Shown here: one piece after another, positions 21,463 to 33,407 of the stretch
Numbering within the stretch: position 1 is the first letter of the stretch
Layout of the letters: every line of letters starts with the position of its first letter
Assembly: GCA_964304625.1 (NCBI GenBank)
Contig: OZ199840.1
Coordinates: 6,445,120-6,509,119, forward strand
Direction: 5' to 3'
DNA from: Kudoa neothunni
Taxonomy: Eukaryota; Animalia; Cnidaria
DNA length: 64,000 bases
Program-made: the position numbers and the translations under genes
Notes under the pieces: generated by a model
Told to the model about the DNA's origin: nothing
Seen by the model: only the letters and a program-made list of their open reading frames with translations
Databases searched by the model: none

Positions 21463-24308
21463 CTATCCAGGGCTCGCTTTCTTCCTATTGGATGATCTTG
21501 CTTGGTTTTCGGCGATATGAGGTATTACATTATTTGCATGTATTACATGTTCTTTGCCATTTTTCATATAGGTGTTGGTAGACCCTTTCACATTGACCAC
21601 TTCGAAAGGTCCAGTGTATCTTTCAGATAGAGACGATGCAAATTGATTTTTTATCAAAATTTGTTTGGGATCGATAGACTTTCTGGACCTTGCTTTTTTA
21701 TCATAATGTCTTTTTTGCGTAGTTTGTGCATGTTTTATATTTTGATTCGCAGTATTCGTCAATGTTTTCATTAGTTTACCAAGTGATTTTGCATAATTGT
21801 TGTAGGTTGTACTATTTCCAGATGCAGCGGTTTTAAGAAAGGTGTTTGTAATTGTCGTAAGATCACGTCCATATGTAAGCATTGAGGGAGAAAAACCAGT
21901 TGTAGAACTTATTGTATTACGCAGCGCTAGTAAGGCCATAGGGAGAACTTCATCCCATTCTAACGAGTTCGAGTTGCAACCAATTCTAATTTTCTCTTTA
22001 ACGCTTTTCACGTATCGCTCAGCAAGTCCATTTCCTTCCGGGTGATACGGAGTGGATTGTGAATGTTTAATTCCAAAATTTTTACAAACAGAGTTAAATA
22101 GATCTGATTCAAATTGCGTTCCACAATCAGTGTGTATACCATGAGGAATTCCATGTCTACTAATGATATATTCCATTACGACTTTTGTGGTTGAAGCTGC
22201 CGACATATCAGGTAGTGGAATCGCCTCGGTCCATTTTGAAAATCGATCTACAAATATCAATATGTATCTATTACCTTGGCTTGTTAATGGTAAATGACCC
22301 ATGAAATCGGCATGCCAGTGGGAAGCTCGAGAATCTGTCGGAATAGGTTTCATAGGTTCCTTGAACTGTTTCTGAGAATATTTATTCTTTTTGCATAACA
22401 AACAGTTACTGACGATTTCTATCACGTCATTGGTTAATGTAGGCCAGAAAAAATTCCTCCGGATGGTTTCTTCAGTATTCCTTTGACCAGCGTGCAACGT
22501 GTCCACCTGATGTATCTGTTTGATAATTTTAGTTTGCAGTGACTTCGGTACCACGAACAAATCTCCTCTGCGGGATTCGTGACATAAAACATTGTTCTTT
22601 ATCTTTAGGGATTTTATACGGTCAAGCAAGGGATTGGTGTTCGAAATAATTTTTTCTTTATTGGTTGATCTTCCCTTTGTTTCATGGCGAAGTCATCAAG
22701 GTTGGTAATATTTATACAAGCAACACTCCTCGAGCATCCTTCATTCTCCTGATGTTTGTTAAAGGATTGTGGTCCGTCAGTATCGTGAACTTTTTTCCTA
22801 ATAGGTAATGGCGAAATTTCCTAACTCCAACAATAATAGCCAAAAATTCTTTGTCCGTTGTGCAATAATTGAGTTGAGCATGATTTAATTTTCTGCTGGT
22901 ATAAGCGATAATGTTTTTGTTTCCATTCTTTACTTGGTATAAAACAGCCCCAACTCCGCTGTAAGAGGCGTCACATTCCATGGTAAATGGAGGGTTGACA
23001 TCCGGAAAACAGAGCGTAGGGTTTTGTTTGATTTTTTCTTTTAGCGTGTCGAAACTACGCTGAGCTTCCTGTGACCATACAAACGACTTTTCGCTCGTTG
23101 TCAATTTGTAGAGTGGTGCGGCTATTTCCGCCATATTTTTTTGTGAATCTATGAAGGAAGTTGCATGTTCCCAAAAACGATCTTAGCTCCTGGACGGAGG
23201 TAGGTATTTTCCAATTAGTAATTGCGTCGACTTTTTCTGGATGCGGAGTAATGCCATCGTTAGATACTATGAATCCTAGATATTGGATTTTGTTTTGAAA
23301 AAATACGCACTTTTTTCTATTCATCCTCAGATTTTGTCGTTCGAGGCGCAAGAAGACGTTTCGAAGGTGTTTGATGTGTTCATCGTAATCAGATGAAAAG
23401 ACAATTATATCATCCATATACACCAAAACGTATTCTAGATCTCCCAATATATTATCCATCATTCTTTGGAAAGTTGCTGGTGCGTTTGCTAACCCAAATG
23501 GCATACGATTATATTCGTATAGCCCCTGACCATGACCAAACGTAAACGCAGTTTTGGGTTTGTCTTCCTCTGCCACAGGAATTTGCCAGTAACCACATTG
23601 CAAATCCAATGTCGAAAATATTTTCGCTCCACTCAATTTATCCAGGCACTCATCAATTAGAGGAAGCGGATATTCATCTTTAATAGTGATATCATTGATT
23701 TTTCGGAAGTCAATACAAAACCGATAAGATCCATCCTTCTTTTTAGCAAAGGTAACAGGAGATCTATAGGGACTAGTTGATGGTCGTATTATTCCGGCTT
23801 TTAATTGTTCATCCAACTATTTTTGGGCTGTATCTCGTAAATGCATAGGAACCGCGTATGCCCGTGAAGTAATTGGGGTTTGCGTTGTTGTAGGTATCTG
23901 GTGTTGGAAGTCTTTTGCAAGTTGCAAATCCGTCGGAGACGTAGCAAATAAAGACTCAAATTGATTTATAAGGCTATCGAAATTATTGGTTTCTCTGTTT
24001 ATGGTATTCGGTGACTTATCCACGTTGCCTTTCCATACCAAATCAACGTGTTTCAAGATGACGTCTCTGCCAATGATCGCGTCGTATGCGATTTGCTTCG
24101 TTACGTGTGCAGTAACTTTTATTTCGCCGACTTTGGTTTTGATGTACATATTGGCCAGTCCAGTACTTTGGAGTTTAGATCCGTTTGCTGCCTTAAAGCA
24201 TTTTGACAAGGGTTTAACGTATTTGGGGTCAACTAAGTCGTCTCTAACGAACGTACAACATGCTCCTGTGTCCAGCAAGGCCATAATAGTACGACCCATG
24301 CCACTCAC
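21463..24308 (-). pseudogene. pol (protease, reverse transcriptase, RNase H, integrase), disrupted
   Basis: ALLDTGA; RFCIDFRKIN, MPFGLANAPATFQ, YMDDI; CDAS...TDH; H...H...CLLC, ADFMG, HTDCG, GLAE. Lesions: an in-frame TAG at 23817, a frameshift at a T-run near 23135, and a deletion near 22712. Confidence 0.92.
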
Positions 24309-25117
24309 GCGCGCCTCAAAAAAAACACAGAGTAATCGTCATTAAAGTCAAACGAAATATCGTTAACGTAGTTGAATTTGGAACAAATTCTACTAACATG
24401 GCCAGATTTGCCACATTTTCGACATACAGCTCTTCCCAAACATTCATTAGCTAAATGTTTTCTTCCGCCGCATTTTGAACAAGGGCCTCTTAGTGGGCGA
24501 TATCCAACGTTGCCTTTGGGGCGCGTATTCATTTTCTTCTCTCTAGAGAGTATGGGGGCCACGTCGTTGTCATAACTAGCCATTTTTGAGTTAGAATTTC
24601 AATCATCCAATAATAATTGTGTTTTTTCCATGATTTGAAACATATTTGCCTCACCGAATAGCTTTACATGAACTTTCAAATGTTCTGGGAGGATATCCAT
24701 GATTTTTTGTCTCAGAAAAAATTCGACGTCCTCTTCGGTCGCCTGTGGCCGCGCCATCTTGAAGAGTGAAAAGATACTCTGGTAATAATCTTGGACCGTT
24801 TCTTTCGGCTTTATAGAGGCTTGCGAAAAATCGTGGAAAAATGAATCCTTACTCTTGAGACCTCTTGAATACTGCAATATGTTCTCGTTAAGAATGGTAA
24901 TCATTTGGGTTGACGATAGGACCACGCTTTCATCATGTTGGTTCGGTTTGAAATATTCACGCATATGACGAGGGATTGCCAGGAGTGTTGAAGCGTATAG
25001 CTGTTTCTCATCCCAACCTTTTGCAACTGCTTGCAGTTGGAGCTCTTCGAGTTGTTGTTCGACATTCTCGTTAAAATTTATCGTCATAGATGCTGTGAAT
25101 CCCACCTTTGACACCAT
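24305..25117 (-). pseudogene. gag with two CCHC zinc knuckles and an in-frame TGA at 24599
   Basis: CSKCGGRKHLANEC and CRKCGKSGHVSRIC. The two ORF pieces are in the same frame. Confidence 0.85.
25099..25116 (-). promoter_or_regulatory. Primer-binding site, tRNA-Leu type
   Basis: TGGTGTCAAAGGTGGGAT lies 1 nt after the 5' LTR and matches the familiar tRNA-Leu PBS TGGTGTCAGAAGTGGGAT at 16/18 positions. Confidence 0.8.
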
Positions 25118-25199
25118 TGTAACACGAACGAGGAGGCAGAATTAATGGACAACAATAATGAGGGTATTACGACTACTAATTATCTATGATGACGTCACG
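25118..25199 (-). repeat. 5' LTR (82 bp)
   Basis: Direct repeat of 21329-21410 with the outermost base mutated. Confidence 0.95.
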
Positions 25200-27699
25200 T
25201 GGTTCCTGGTTAATTTTTCTATTGTGTTGAATAGTGATAGGCAACTATCATAAAACTTTCCAAAATATTCAGCGGACAACGCTACAAACTTCTTTTTGTA
25301 AATCACCAAATTTTTTAAGCATTTTCCATAAGAACTAAAAATTCCTTTCGGTTTTATTGAAATACTCTCTTTTGGAGTGATATTTATAGTTTCCATTTTC
25401 AAGAATCGACTCATGTAATCTTTTGACCATCTAGGGTGGCGTAGATTTGAATTGAACATTGAAAGCAGGTTAAACGCTCACTTATTAAAAATATGACTAC
25501 ATGGAAGGAGATACGATATGTAAGTATAACAATTGCATCTCAATTTAAGTAGTTAAACCATCTGTATTCGTGTTTTCGTCAAAATTTTGAATTTGTTTGT
25601 GGATTAAATTGAAGGCAAGTGGATTTAAATGATTAAAATACGTGTTTAGAACTTCATTTGAAGTATAAAAATATTCTGGGTCCAGTAATGTTTTGGTTAT
25701 ATTGTATTTTCTTTCTATTCTCATTGATTTGAGAGCGTCAAAGAAATAGCGGAAAAAATCATTGAGATTAGACAATTTCTTTATTGTTTGTTTTCGTTCA
25801 CCATTAGTGGCTTCTAATCTATTATTCGTCAAGTTTTCATAGAGGCGATGTGCTACACTGAATCCTATGACCCTTTCATGAGCGATTGTTTCCCAATTGG
25901 ATTTAAAATAGTTAATAAACTTATCGTTTCTTTGTTGAAAAAGATTATTGCATAGTTTATCGATTAGATAATTTTATTAAGAATTTCAAGCACCTCCTTA
26001 GAGTGTGGTGCTTATCAGTAATAATTGCTCGGACACCTTGAGTCATGTTCGGCATCATTTTTATTAGTTGAGAAATATACCATTTAAATGATTCCGCCGT
26101 TTCATCGTACAAGATGCAGCCGCTAGTTAGGTGGGTTTCACCAACCGAGTCTTCTGCAACAGACGGATACAATGGCGCACTAATAAATTAATAAAACAAC
26201 CAAATAGAGAAAACCTCCAAAGATTACCGTGAGTCTAGCAGTTTATAGGTTGCATCAAGCATGAATAACTTTGGAAAGAAATTAATTATGTTGGACATCT
26301 GCTTATCCTTAACAAAGGTTCCACAAACATTTTTATTATCATCTGATAAAGCGCTCACTATGCAGTTGCATTGATTCTTTAAAATTTTTACAACTAATGC
26401 AATATTATCAGATCCGACTTTGGAGGATTTTCTAATGTTGTGAGCAGTTTTCAAGGGTATATTGTTGTCTGTCTCGTCATTTATCTTGGCTTGTATGAGC
26501 TTTTTGTTTGTTTCAAGAGAAAGAAGTTCCGACAAATAGCCATCACATTGGTTTAACTTCCTCTGATTGAGTAAGTTTTCATAGATCCATGGATCATTTG
26601 GATGGTTATGGGCAGTGTTAGAAGATCTATTCTCCAGGAAATTTCCATCTACATTCACTCTTAACGTAACCTTAAATGGGAAATCTCTCTTAAGAGAGTC
26701 TTTTGCATTCGCCTTTACCTCTATTTCGGTAATGGGCGCCAAAGTAACATACGTAAGTTATTTCGTAATACACTAGCGTGTTTTTAATATTTCGCTTAAC
26801 CCGGCTTTGTACTGAGTCAATTCTGCTTGAATCTCGAATTTTTAGATTCGCAACATGACTTTTCTCATACTGTTGAATATAAAATTTTAAACTTTCAAAA
26901 GTTTCAAATTCCATTCCAACATGAAAATTGTCTGAATTCGAATCACTCATTGTAGTTCAACCAAACTCTTAAAACACGTGGAGTTATGTTTACACTGCAT
27001 GGCTCAAAGCAATAAATTAGAAATGATTACTTTTTATAATTAATTCAAAGTTAATATTGTTTTAGCCTATTAAATTCGCTAACATTTATATTACTAGCTG
27101 TCTATTTTCTACAAATTTCCAACCAACTCAAATTTCTTAATTTTTTATAATTAATAGAGATAATAATTGCAGAGAAATTGATCCCAGTGGTTATAGCCAC
27201 TGCCCTGTTTAATTTAGCTTTTTTGAGATCGGTTGCTTATCACTCAATATTTAAAAAATGTATTAAGTTGAATAAAATTAAAATCGGAGATGTAGAGCGC
27301 GCCGTAACATGACTAATTTTTGAAGCCATCTGCTCCTAGATTACCAAAAACATCAATTTTTCTTCTAAATTCCAAAAAAGGGAATATGTACAATTATTAT
27401 GCGCATGCACGAAATCGGTTACCTACTGTATTTATTTTATTTTGGTTTTTGATATTACAAAATATCACGAAAACAACTATTGAACTGATTTCATTACAGA
27501 TGGCTCTACAAAAAAACAAAAAATCCTCGCTTTTCTGTCTCGAGATCTCGAACAATAACGGCATCGCTCACGATAAACGAATTCTATTATGCAATTATAA
27601 TTCTAATCAACGCGATTTTTGTTTCTCCGAACATGATCCTTCGCCAAGCCATCTTCAGGCTCTTCTAGAAACTTAACTCTTGAACAATTGATATCATAG

Positions 27700-27930
27700 A
27701 AAACAGTCATAAAGATAAAATGAATCAACCAAGCTAATACCAACCATAATGTAGGATATTGCTGTCGACCATCGATTCGTTTACTTCATACATTCGTTGT
27801 AGCAATAATATGATCCATTGTTTCCATTCCTCCTTTTTAAACGATTATATTGCGGGTTAACAACAGGTTTTTTCAGTCTGTATCTTCAACATTTGTAATG
27901 AACCGGTGGTCGTTAGTAATAAAACTGCTT
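27700..27930 (-). pseudogene. piggyBac transposase C-terminal relic
   Basis: A degenerate VLLLTT...KP..YN..KGG..D...RW pattern. Confidence 0.45.
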
Positions 27931-28923
27931 TACCTTTTGTCGGAACATAAGAGATTAGTATAAGTTTTTGATTAAACAAAAACGTACTGAAATTTCCCGT
28001 TTTGAATTATTTTTTAGATAAGTTGTAATATCTCTTTGATTATTTCGGATTATTTGAAAATGAATTCAATGATAGCGTTGACTCTTCATGAGAACTATCA
28101 ATTTTTTCGTCACTAATATCTACTAAAATGCAATAGATATCTTTTTTCATAACTAATTCACGAAAGGATTTAAATAATAAGGTTCTCAATATATCTCTCC
28201 TATCTCATGGGAGTTTATTTGTTGAATAGTCGTGCTATATTTTATGGAGAATGTGTTTTTTTGTGTAAATTTAAGGCCGGAAAATTTTATTTGAAAATTT
28301 CTATATTTTTTTAATTTTATAAAAAAACAGAAAAATAAGTAGCTTCTGTAACTACATTAGTTGGATTATTTCTAATATTAGGCCAGGATTTGTTGGTAAG
28401 TTACCACATTATGCATAATTGAATGACGTCTTTTTCATTACCCAATTTCTAAGTATGATACATAATATTAATATATATAATTAATCACCTAATTTAAGTG
28501 ATTAAATAACTTATTATAATATTAAAATTGTTGTTATTAACTCTAGCCTTTTATAAATGATCATATTTAATAATTTATTAAATTACGCAAATTTCAAATG
28601 TCTAAAAATCTTAATAGCGTTATCGTAATGCTGATACCTTTGTAACTGTAAACAGGAACAAATGTCATTGGGAATACATTGGAGGCTATTTCAAATTGAT
28701 CCATATACGAGGCCAACAATGATAAATATTTAAACTGCATGATGTTCAGACAGAACGAAACCTTATAAATTTTATAAAAACTAAATAAGCTAAATTAAAA
28801 AAACTATTTTAGATACGAAAACATAAAAAATTAGAAGGTTCTATAATTTCAAAACATTAAAATTAGATATTCAATCATTAAAATCATTAGTTGTTGAGCT
28901 TTAGGACGTATATATATATATTA

Positions 28924-30187
28924 TTAGGAGTTGATTCGATTTTTCAGTTTCAAGTATATATTGAGTCTGTACGTTGAATAAGTAAATTTACAAAAACAGA
29001 ACATTACTTGTTTACAAGGTTATGCCTAGCTGACATCAGATGAATATGACTTATTGTCATGTGCCAAGTGTCTCTGCCATGGATAAAATTTTCAGCATTC
29101 TAACAATAATAAAGAACAGATAACTAGGTAAAGATGTTGTTTTGGGGTGAACAACCTTTTCTATTAACCAGTCGCCTCGTGATTTACTTAAGCTGAGAGG
29201 CATTGTTACTATAAACGGTTAATTTAAATAATATTACAATATCGATCAAAAATTATAATGCACTCTCATCAAATAAATTAAACGATATTATGAAAAAGAC
29301 ATATGCAGATATATGGGAACGCAAAGGATAGTTTGTTCACCCCTAACAACGACTGCTCATGGGATTACTTTCATCAGAAAAACTCCACAGTTATAGCCAT
29401 CTATTTGAGGTATTGAACGAATATCGGTCAGGTACCAATTCATCGCGTCAAAATATAATCTAGGAGAAATCCATCACATTGCAAGTGCGCCAATTCTAAT
29501 CTACCTAAAGTGTCTGAACAAGCTGGACCTCGTTTGAAGGGATTCCACCGAATTAAATATTGTCACCATTGCTCGTCTCACATCAGCAGCAATCAAAATC
29601 CAATGATCATCTTGACAAATGGGAATCAAAATGAAACTTTTATTGTAGGCATTTCTCTATAATAATGTGCGTAAGTGTTAATTAAGATAAAACCTCATCA
29701 AGTACTTTTTTTAGGTTGTACACATCATGTTTGTTTAGCTTCCAAAACTCATTGATTAGACAATTAAATATAACAATATCGCTTCTTTGAAAAGTCAAAG
29801 TTTTTAAATAATACATTATAATCTAAAGTTGTTTATACGAGGGAAAAGTAAGAGAAGTTAAGCAACTTGATCATTAATAAAATTGGTTCCTTCAAGAGAT
29901 TCAATGTCTTGAGATATAATATCCAATTTCATAAAAATACAAACTATAAACGGTGATCAACTTTTTGACTAAAAAATAATCGCTAACAATATTTACATTC
30001 AAAATATAGTAACTCTTCTCTTTTTTTAATATCTGCAAAAATTTTGAATAAAATATTTTAGTTTATTAAATGATACTTGGAATATTTCTATAGATATTTG
30101 ATTTGAGCAAATTTTCAATCTAGGAAAAACTAATATAAAAACCTTACTTTATACTGAGTGTACAATAATTCCTTTATTTCTACTCAT
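28924..30187 (-). CDS. Ulp1/SENP-family (peptidase C48) cysteine protease, ~224 aa, 9 exons
   Basis: Exons (minus strand): 30164-30187, 30077-30119, 29997-30032, 29867-29943, 29706-29822, 29505-29656, 29369-29459, 29008-29099, 28924-28966. They total 675 nt in one open frame with all GT-AG introns. Motifs: DIESLEGTNFINDQ|IIMYYL, ILIPICQDDHWILI...VTIFNS, PQIDGYNCGVFLMK|NAE. The true N-terminus is uncertain. Confidence 0.8.
29136..29350. mobile_element. ~215-bp MITE inside intron 7 of the Ulp1-like gene
   Basis: Inverted ends GTTGTTTTGGGGTGAACAA and TTGTTCACCCCTAACAAC. It accounts for the only long (269-nt) intron. No TSD resolved. Confidence 0.6.
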
Positions 30188-30998
30188 GGAGGAAATTTTA
30201 ACAGCTGAAAAAGAGAGCACTAGCTATATGGTGATCTACTCGAAAAATAGGTGACGTCATAGGAAGTTATCTGAATTTAGTTATGCAGCAATTGAAATCC
30301 AATAGTGACATTTTAAGCAGTTTCTATCGATTTTATCGCATTCAATGCGTCACTATTAATAGAATTCATTTGTGAGCCTGATTTCTCCTTATACAATACG
30401 ATTTTATTGACTAGCTAATTGAAAATATTAGCGATGAATACGCTTTTTAGCACTTTTACGTTACTACCTTTTATAAATTTCAATATTAATATCATGACGA
30501 ATTCAGATGATAAATACATTATTTCAAATAAAAAAAATGATAAGTTGGAACAATGGTGACAAAACCTATTTTAATCATAAAGATGGTCAAGTAATTTTTA
30601 CCAAGTTTTTATATCGTCCCTTAACTGGACGATTGTTCGATAATTTAGCGTTTCGATTCAACTGAACTCGTAAACGTCAAATTGCTCCACCATGGGAGCC
30701 TAAAATAGAATGAATATTCTTGCAACTTGTATATATTATTGTTGAATATTTATAATTTTTAACATACCAAACTGAACACAAATTTTTTGAATCGATTACA
30801 CCTTCAAAAATAGTTACGTAAGTCATCCCTTCAGATTAATACCTAAACTAAATGTACATAAAAACAAGTACAATTAAACTTTTATTATTTGAAAAAGTGG
30901 GTGCCTAGGCCTAGCCGTTTTATTTTGGGTACTGAGATTTAGGCTAACTTAAGTTGAACAAGTTGCGCGTGTAACAGAAAGAGAATTTGGGTCGCAAC

Positions 30999-32247
30999 TA
31001 GGCTTCAAAAAAATCGAGGGTATATGGATTATCCTCTAATTCGAAGAGATTAAATCAATGTATTAACAAGATTGCGTGATTCGTATACAGTACATTTTTG
31101 TAATCAATGTTAGGAGAAATTTTCTTATCAACGAATTCGGCAGTGGCATTATTTTTTTGGAATAAACTATTTTATTTCTTTTAAAATATCAGCAAAACTA
31201 CAGTACTACAGTATCTGTGTAGAATTTCGGGTGGTGTCGAATACAAAATCGGAAATAAAGTCGTTTCCTACAATTCGCCCTGGTTAATTCACTTCATTTT
31301 TCAAATGTTTTTTTATTTTTTATATTATCACAAAACAACTACATTATGCATTTAAATTCGGGTCAGAAAAGAATTAATTTATAAACTGGAGATAAATCTT
31401 AAGTCGAACACGTTCGGATTTGCGTGGAACCTCTGTTGCTCATAAATACATCAACAAAAATTATTATTTTTCTATAATTTTAAAAAAATTCGAAGTCGTT
31501 AATTGTTCATTGAATTTTTTTATTTGTATCTGTTAGTAATAAGTTTGTAAAACGTTCAATCTTGTGATTTCGTATTTAAAATTAGAATGAAGATGTTTTA
31601 ATTTAACGATGGTATTCCATAATGTGGTTTTTAGTTTATAAATTTTTTTCAGATGGTTTATTTATGATTAAACAAATATTATAACAATATTTGTTCCAAA
31701 ATTCAAACATGGAAAGTTTTAATCCATTTGATCGAGGTATCTTTTTATTTATCTACATTAAGTAACTAAAAAAAAATATTCAATAATTTTTTTTTAATTA
31801 AAATTAACTTTAAAGTTAAAATAATCGTCATGAAACAAAATATACCATTTTTAGGCATTTAGAATTAAATCAATTACGAGTGATTAATAAATCAAAAGCA
31901 TATTTTTATTATACTTATCTCAACAATACGAAAAAATGGTGTAAAACCTAAAAATAAACATTAATAACCTAGTTTGTTGAATATAAAATGAAATAATACG
32001 TCATATTTTTAAGCTACTTCAATATCTTTGTGTGATTGAATGTTTCAAGCGTTTTAAACTAATATAATTCATTTACTGAGAATGTATTATCTACCACGAA
32101 TGTTTGGTATAAAACGAGTAACAACTACAAAACGTTGGAATCATGAAATCCCCTATCCGAATCCTTAATAATCCTCACTTCAAACACATAATCAACCTCG
32201 TTTTTTTAAAAATTTTCCTCTCGACCCTCGATTTTTTTGAAGGCCTA
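30999..32247 (-). mobile_element. Non-autonomous TIR element X, copy 2 (inverted)
   Basis: TAGGCTTCAAAAAAATCGAGGG ... CCCTCGATTTTTTTGAAGGCCTA. The body is the reverse complement of 18975-20170 and lacks a ~50-bp subterminal block. Confidence 0.85.
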
Positions 32248-32248
32248 A

Positions 32249-32269
32249 TCCGTGGTAATAGCCACTGCC
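32249..32269 (-). repeat. MULE-family terminal inverted repeat (unpaired)
   Basis: TCCGTGGTAATAGCCACTGCC belongs to the same GGCAGTGGCTAT terminus family as 3322, 20269 and 27204. Confidence 0.7.
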
Positions 32270-33407
32270 TTATCCATACAAACCTACCATCTGCCCGCTG
32301 TTAATGAATGTGAACGAATGTGGTAGAATCCTTTAAGTAATAAATAGATATTCAATTAAACATGTAAATATTAGTCATAATCGCTCTTTTCTGGATTTTC
32401 AGTTAAGTATAGACTAAAGCTCTCAAATTTTCAAAATATTTCAGTAAAGAATATTCCATCCAAAATACAATCAAAAATAATTTTTGTTACTTTTTTGAAA
32501 ACAGTTCAACTGCTCCAAGTTCAATTAATCAAAGAAGCTAATAGACATGGTTAGTTAGCACGAATACCACACCCACCTTTTTTCACGTTTCGGACCGATT
32601 CATTTGTAACACCTGATTACCCCCATGAAAATAAATGGGATTCTCGTTCTATAGTGGATTTAGTTGAAGTTAATGAACATTTTAGCGTTATTTATTGAAA
32701 TGACGAGGAAGTCGATAGTAAATAAACATAATTCAGCCCAAATAGTTAAATTGGAGAGTAGCATCATCTATTGAAAAGTTTTTCTCAAATAAATTCAGTG
32801 TAATAGTGACGGATTTGCTACAGTTATCTTCGAAAGAATGAGCAATCATCAGTACATACTTGTTTCTATTGAAGGTATTCATTTGGTTGATCGTATTAGT
32901 CGAGTTTAGGCTGCTTGGGGAGATGTGTGGAGCATATAATAATTTGAGTCCTATTTATCGGAATCAACTTAGCCGTGATAAAATTATGTACTTTATGCAG
33001 TCCCTTTAAGTTTGTATAATAACAAACATTGTGTAGTTTTCATGCATGTTTTGCTAAACTCCACAAGATTACCTACTTTATTGAATTCAATCGTTGACTG
33101 ACTAGTATTACTCGGGTGTAATGTCTATTTAAAATAACCGATCTATTCACGTTGGATTAGTATTTTGTACGACATAAAGGTGCAGTTGTAACCACAAGAT
33201 ACCGTGTCAGCTATATCACTTCGATAATTTGCGTGGCAGTAGCTCACTACATTTTATCAACCAACTAGAGGGCTGTAAATCTAAGATCCTACACAATAAA
33301 TAAGTATTGTTGGGTAAGTGAGAGCAAAAATTTAATTAATCTATTGGACACGCTGGATTTAACTTTGAGATAGTTTTAAATAAGCACGTTAGTGAATAGA
33401 ATAATTA

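Larger units (their letters stand above)
21329..25199 (-). mobile_element. Compact Ty3/Gypsy LTR retrotransposon (3871 bp)
   Basis: 82-bp direct LTRs, a 5-bp TSD TGGTT (21324-21328 and 25200-25204), PBS and PPT, and domain order gag-PR-RT-RH-IN. Confidence 0.95.
20450..26950 (-). pseudogene. MULE/ZSWIM3-like transposase with AT-hook and a decayed Ulp1-like tail, split by the LTR element
   Basis: FETFESLKFYIQQYEK...YVCYFG, FMLDATYKL, AIITDKH, TNNRLEATN, GRPKG and NDPIMISFLK. Many frameshifts. Confidence 0.8.
20269..27204 (-). mobile_element. MULE element C (~3.1 kb), host of the Gypsy insertion
   Basis: ~55-bp TIRs: GGCACGTGCTATTACCACGGGACCAATTACTCTGCAATTATTATCTCTATTAA and TTAATAGAGATAATAATTGCAGAGAAATTGATCCCAGTGGTTATAGCCACTGCC. 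No clean TSD. Confidence 0.8.

Noticed and set aside
23817-24601. Programmed readthrough at the in-frame TGA (24599) or TAG (23817) of the Gypsy element
   Set aside because: Both are one C>T change from sense codons, lie at atypical positions, and occur in a copy that has other lesions.
32490-33000. Exon-like plus-strand segments upstream of SLCO
   Set aside because: Trial splicing meets several stops and no recognisable domain; at most a decayed gene.
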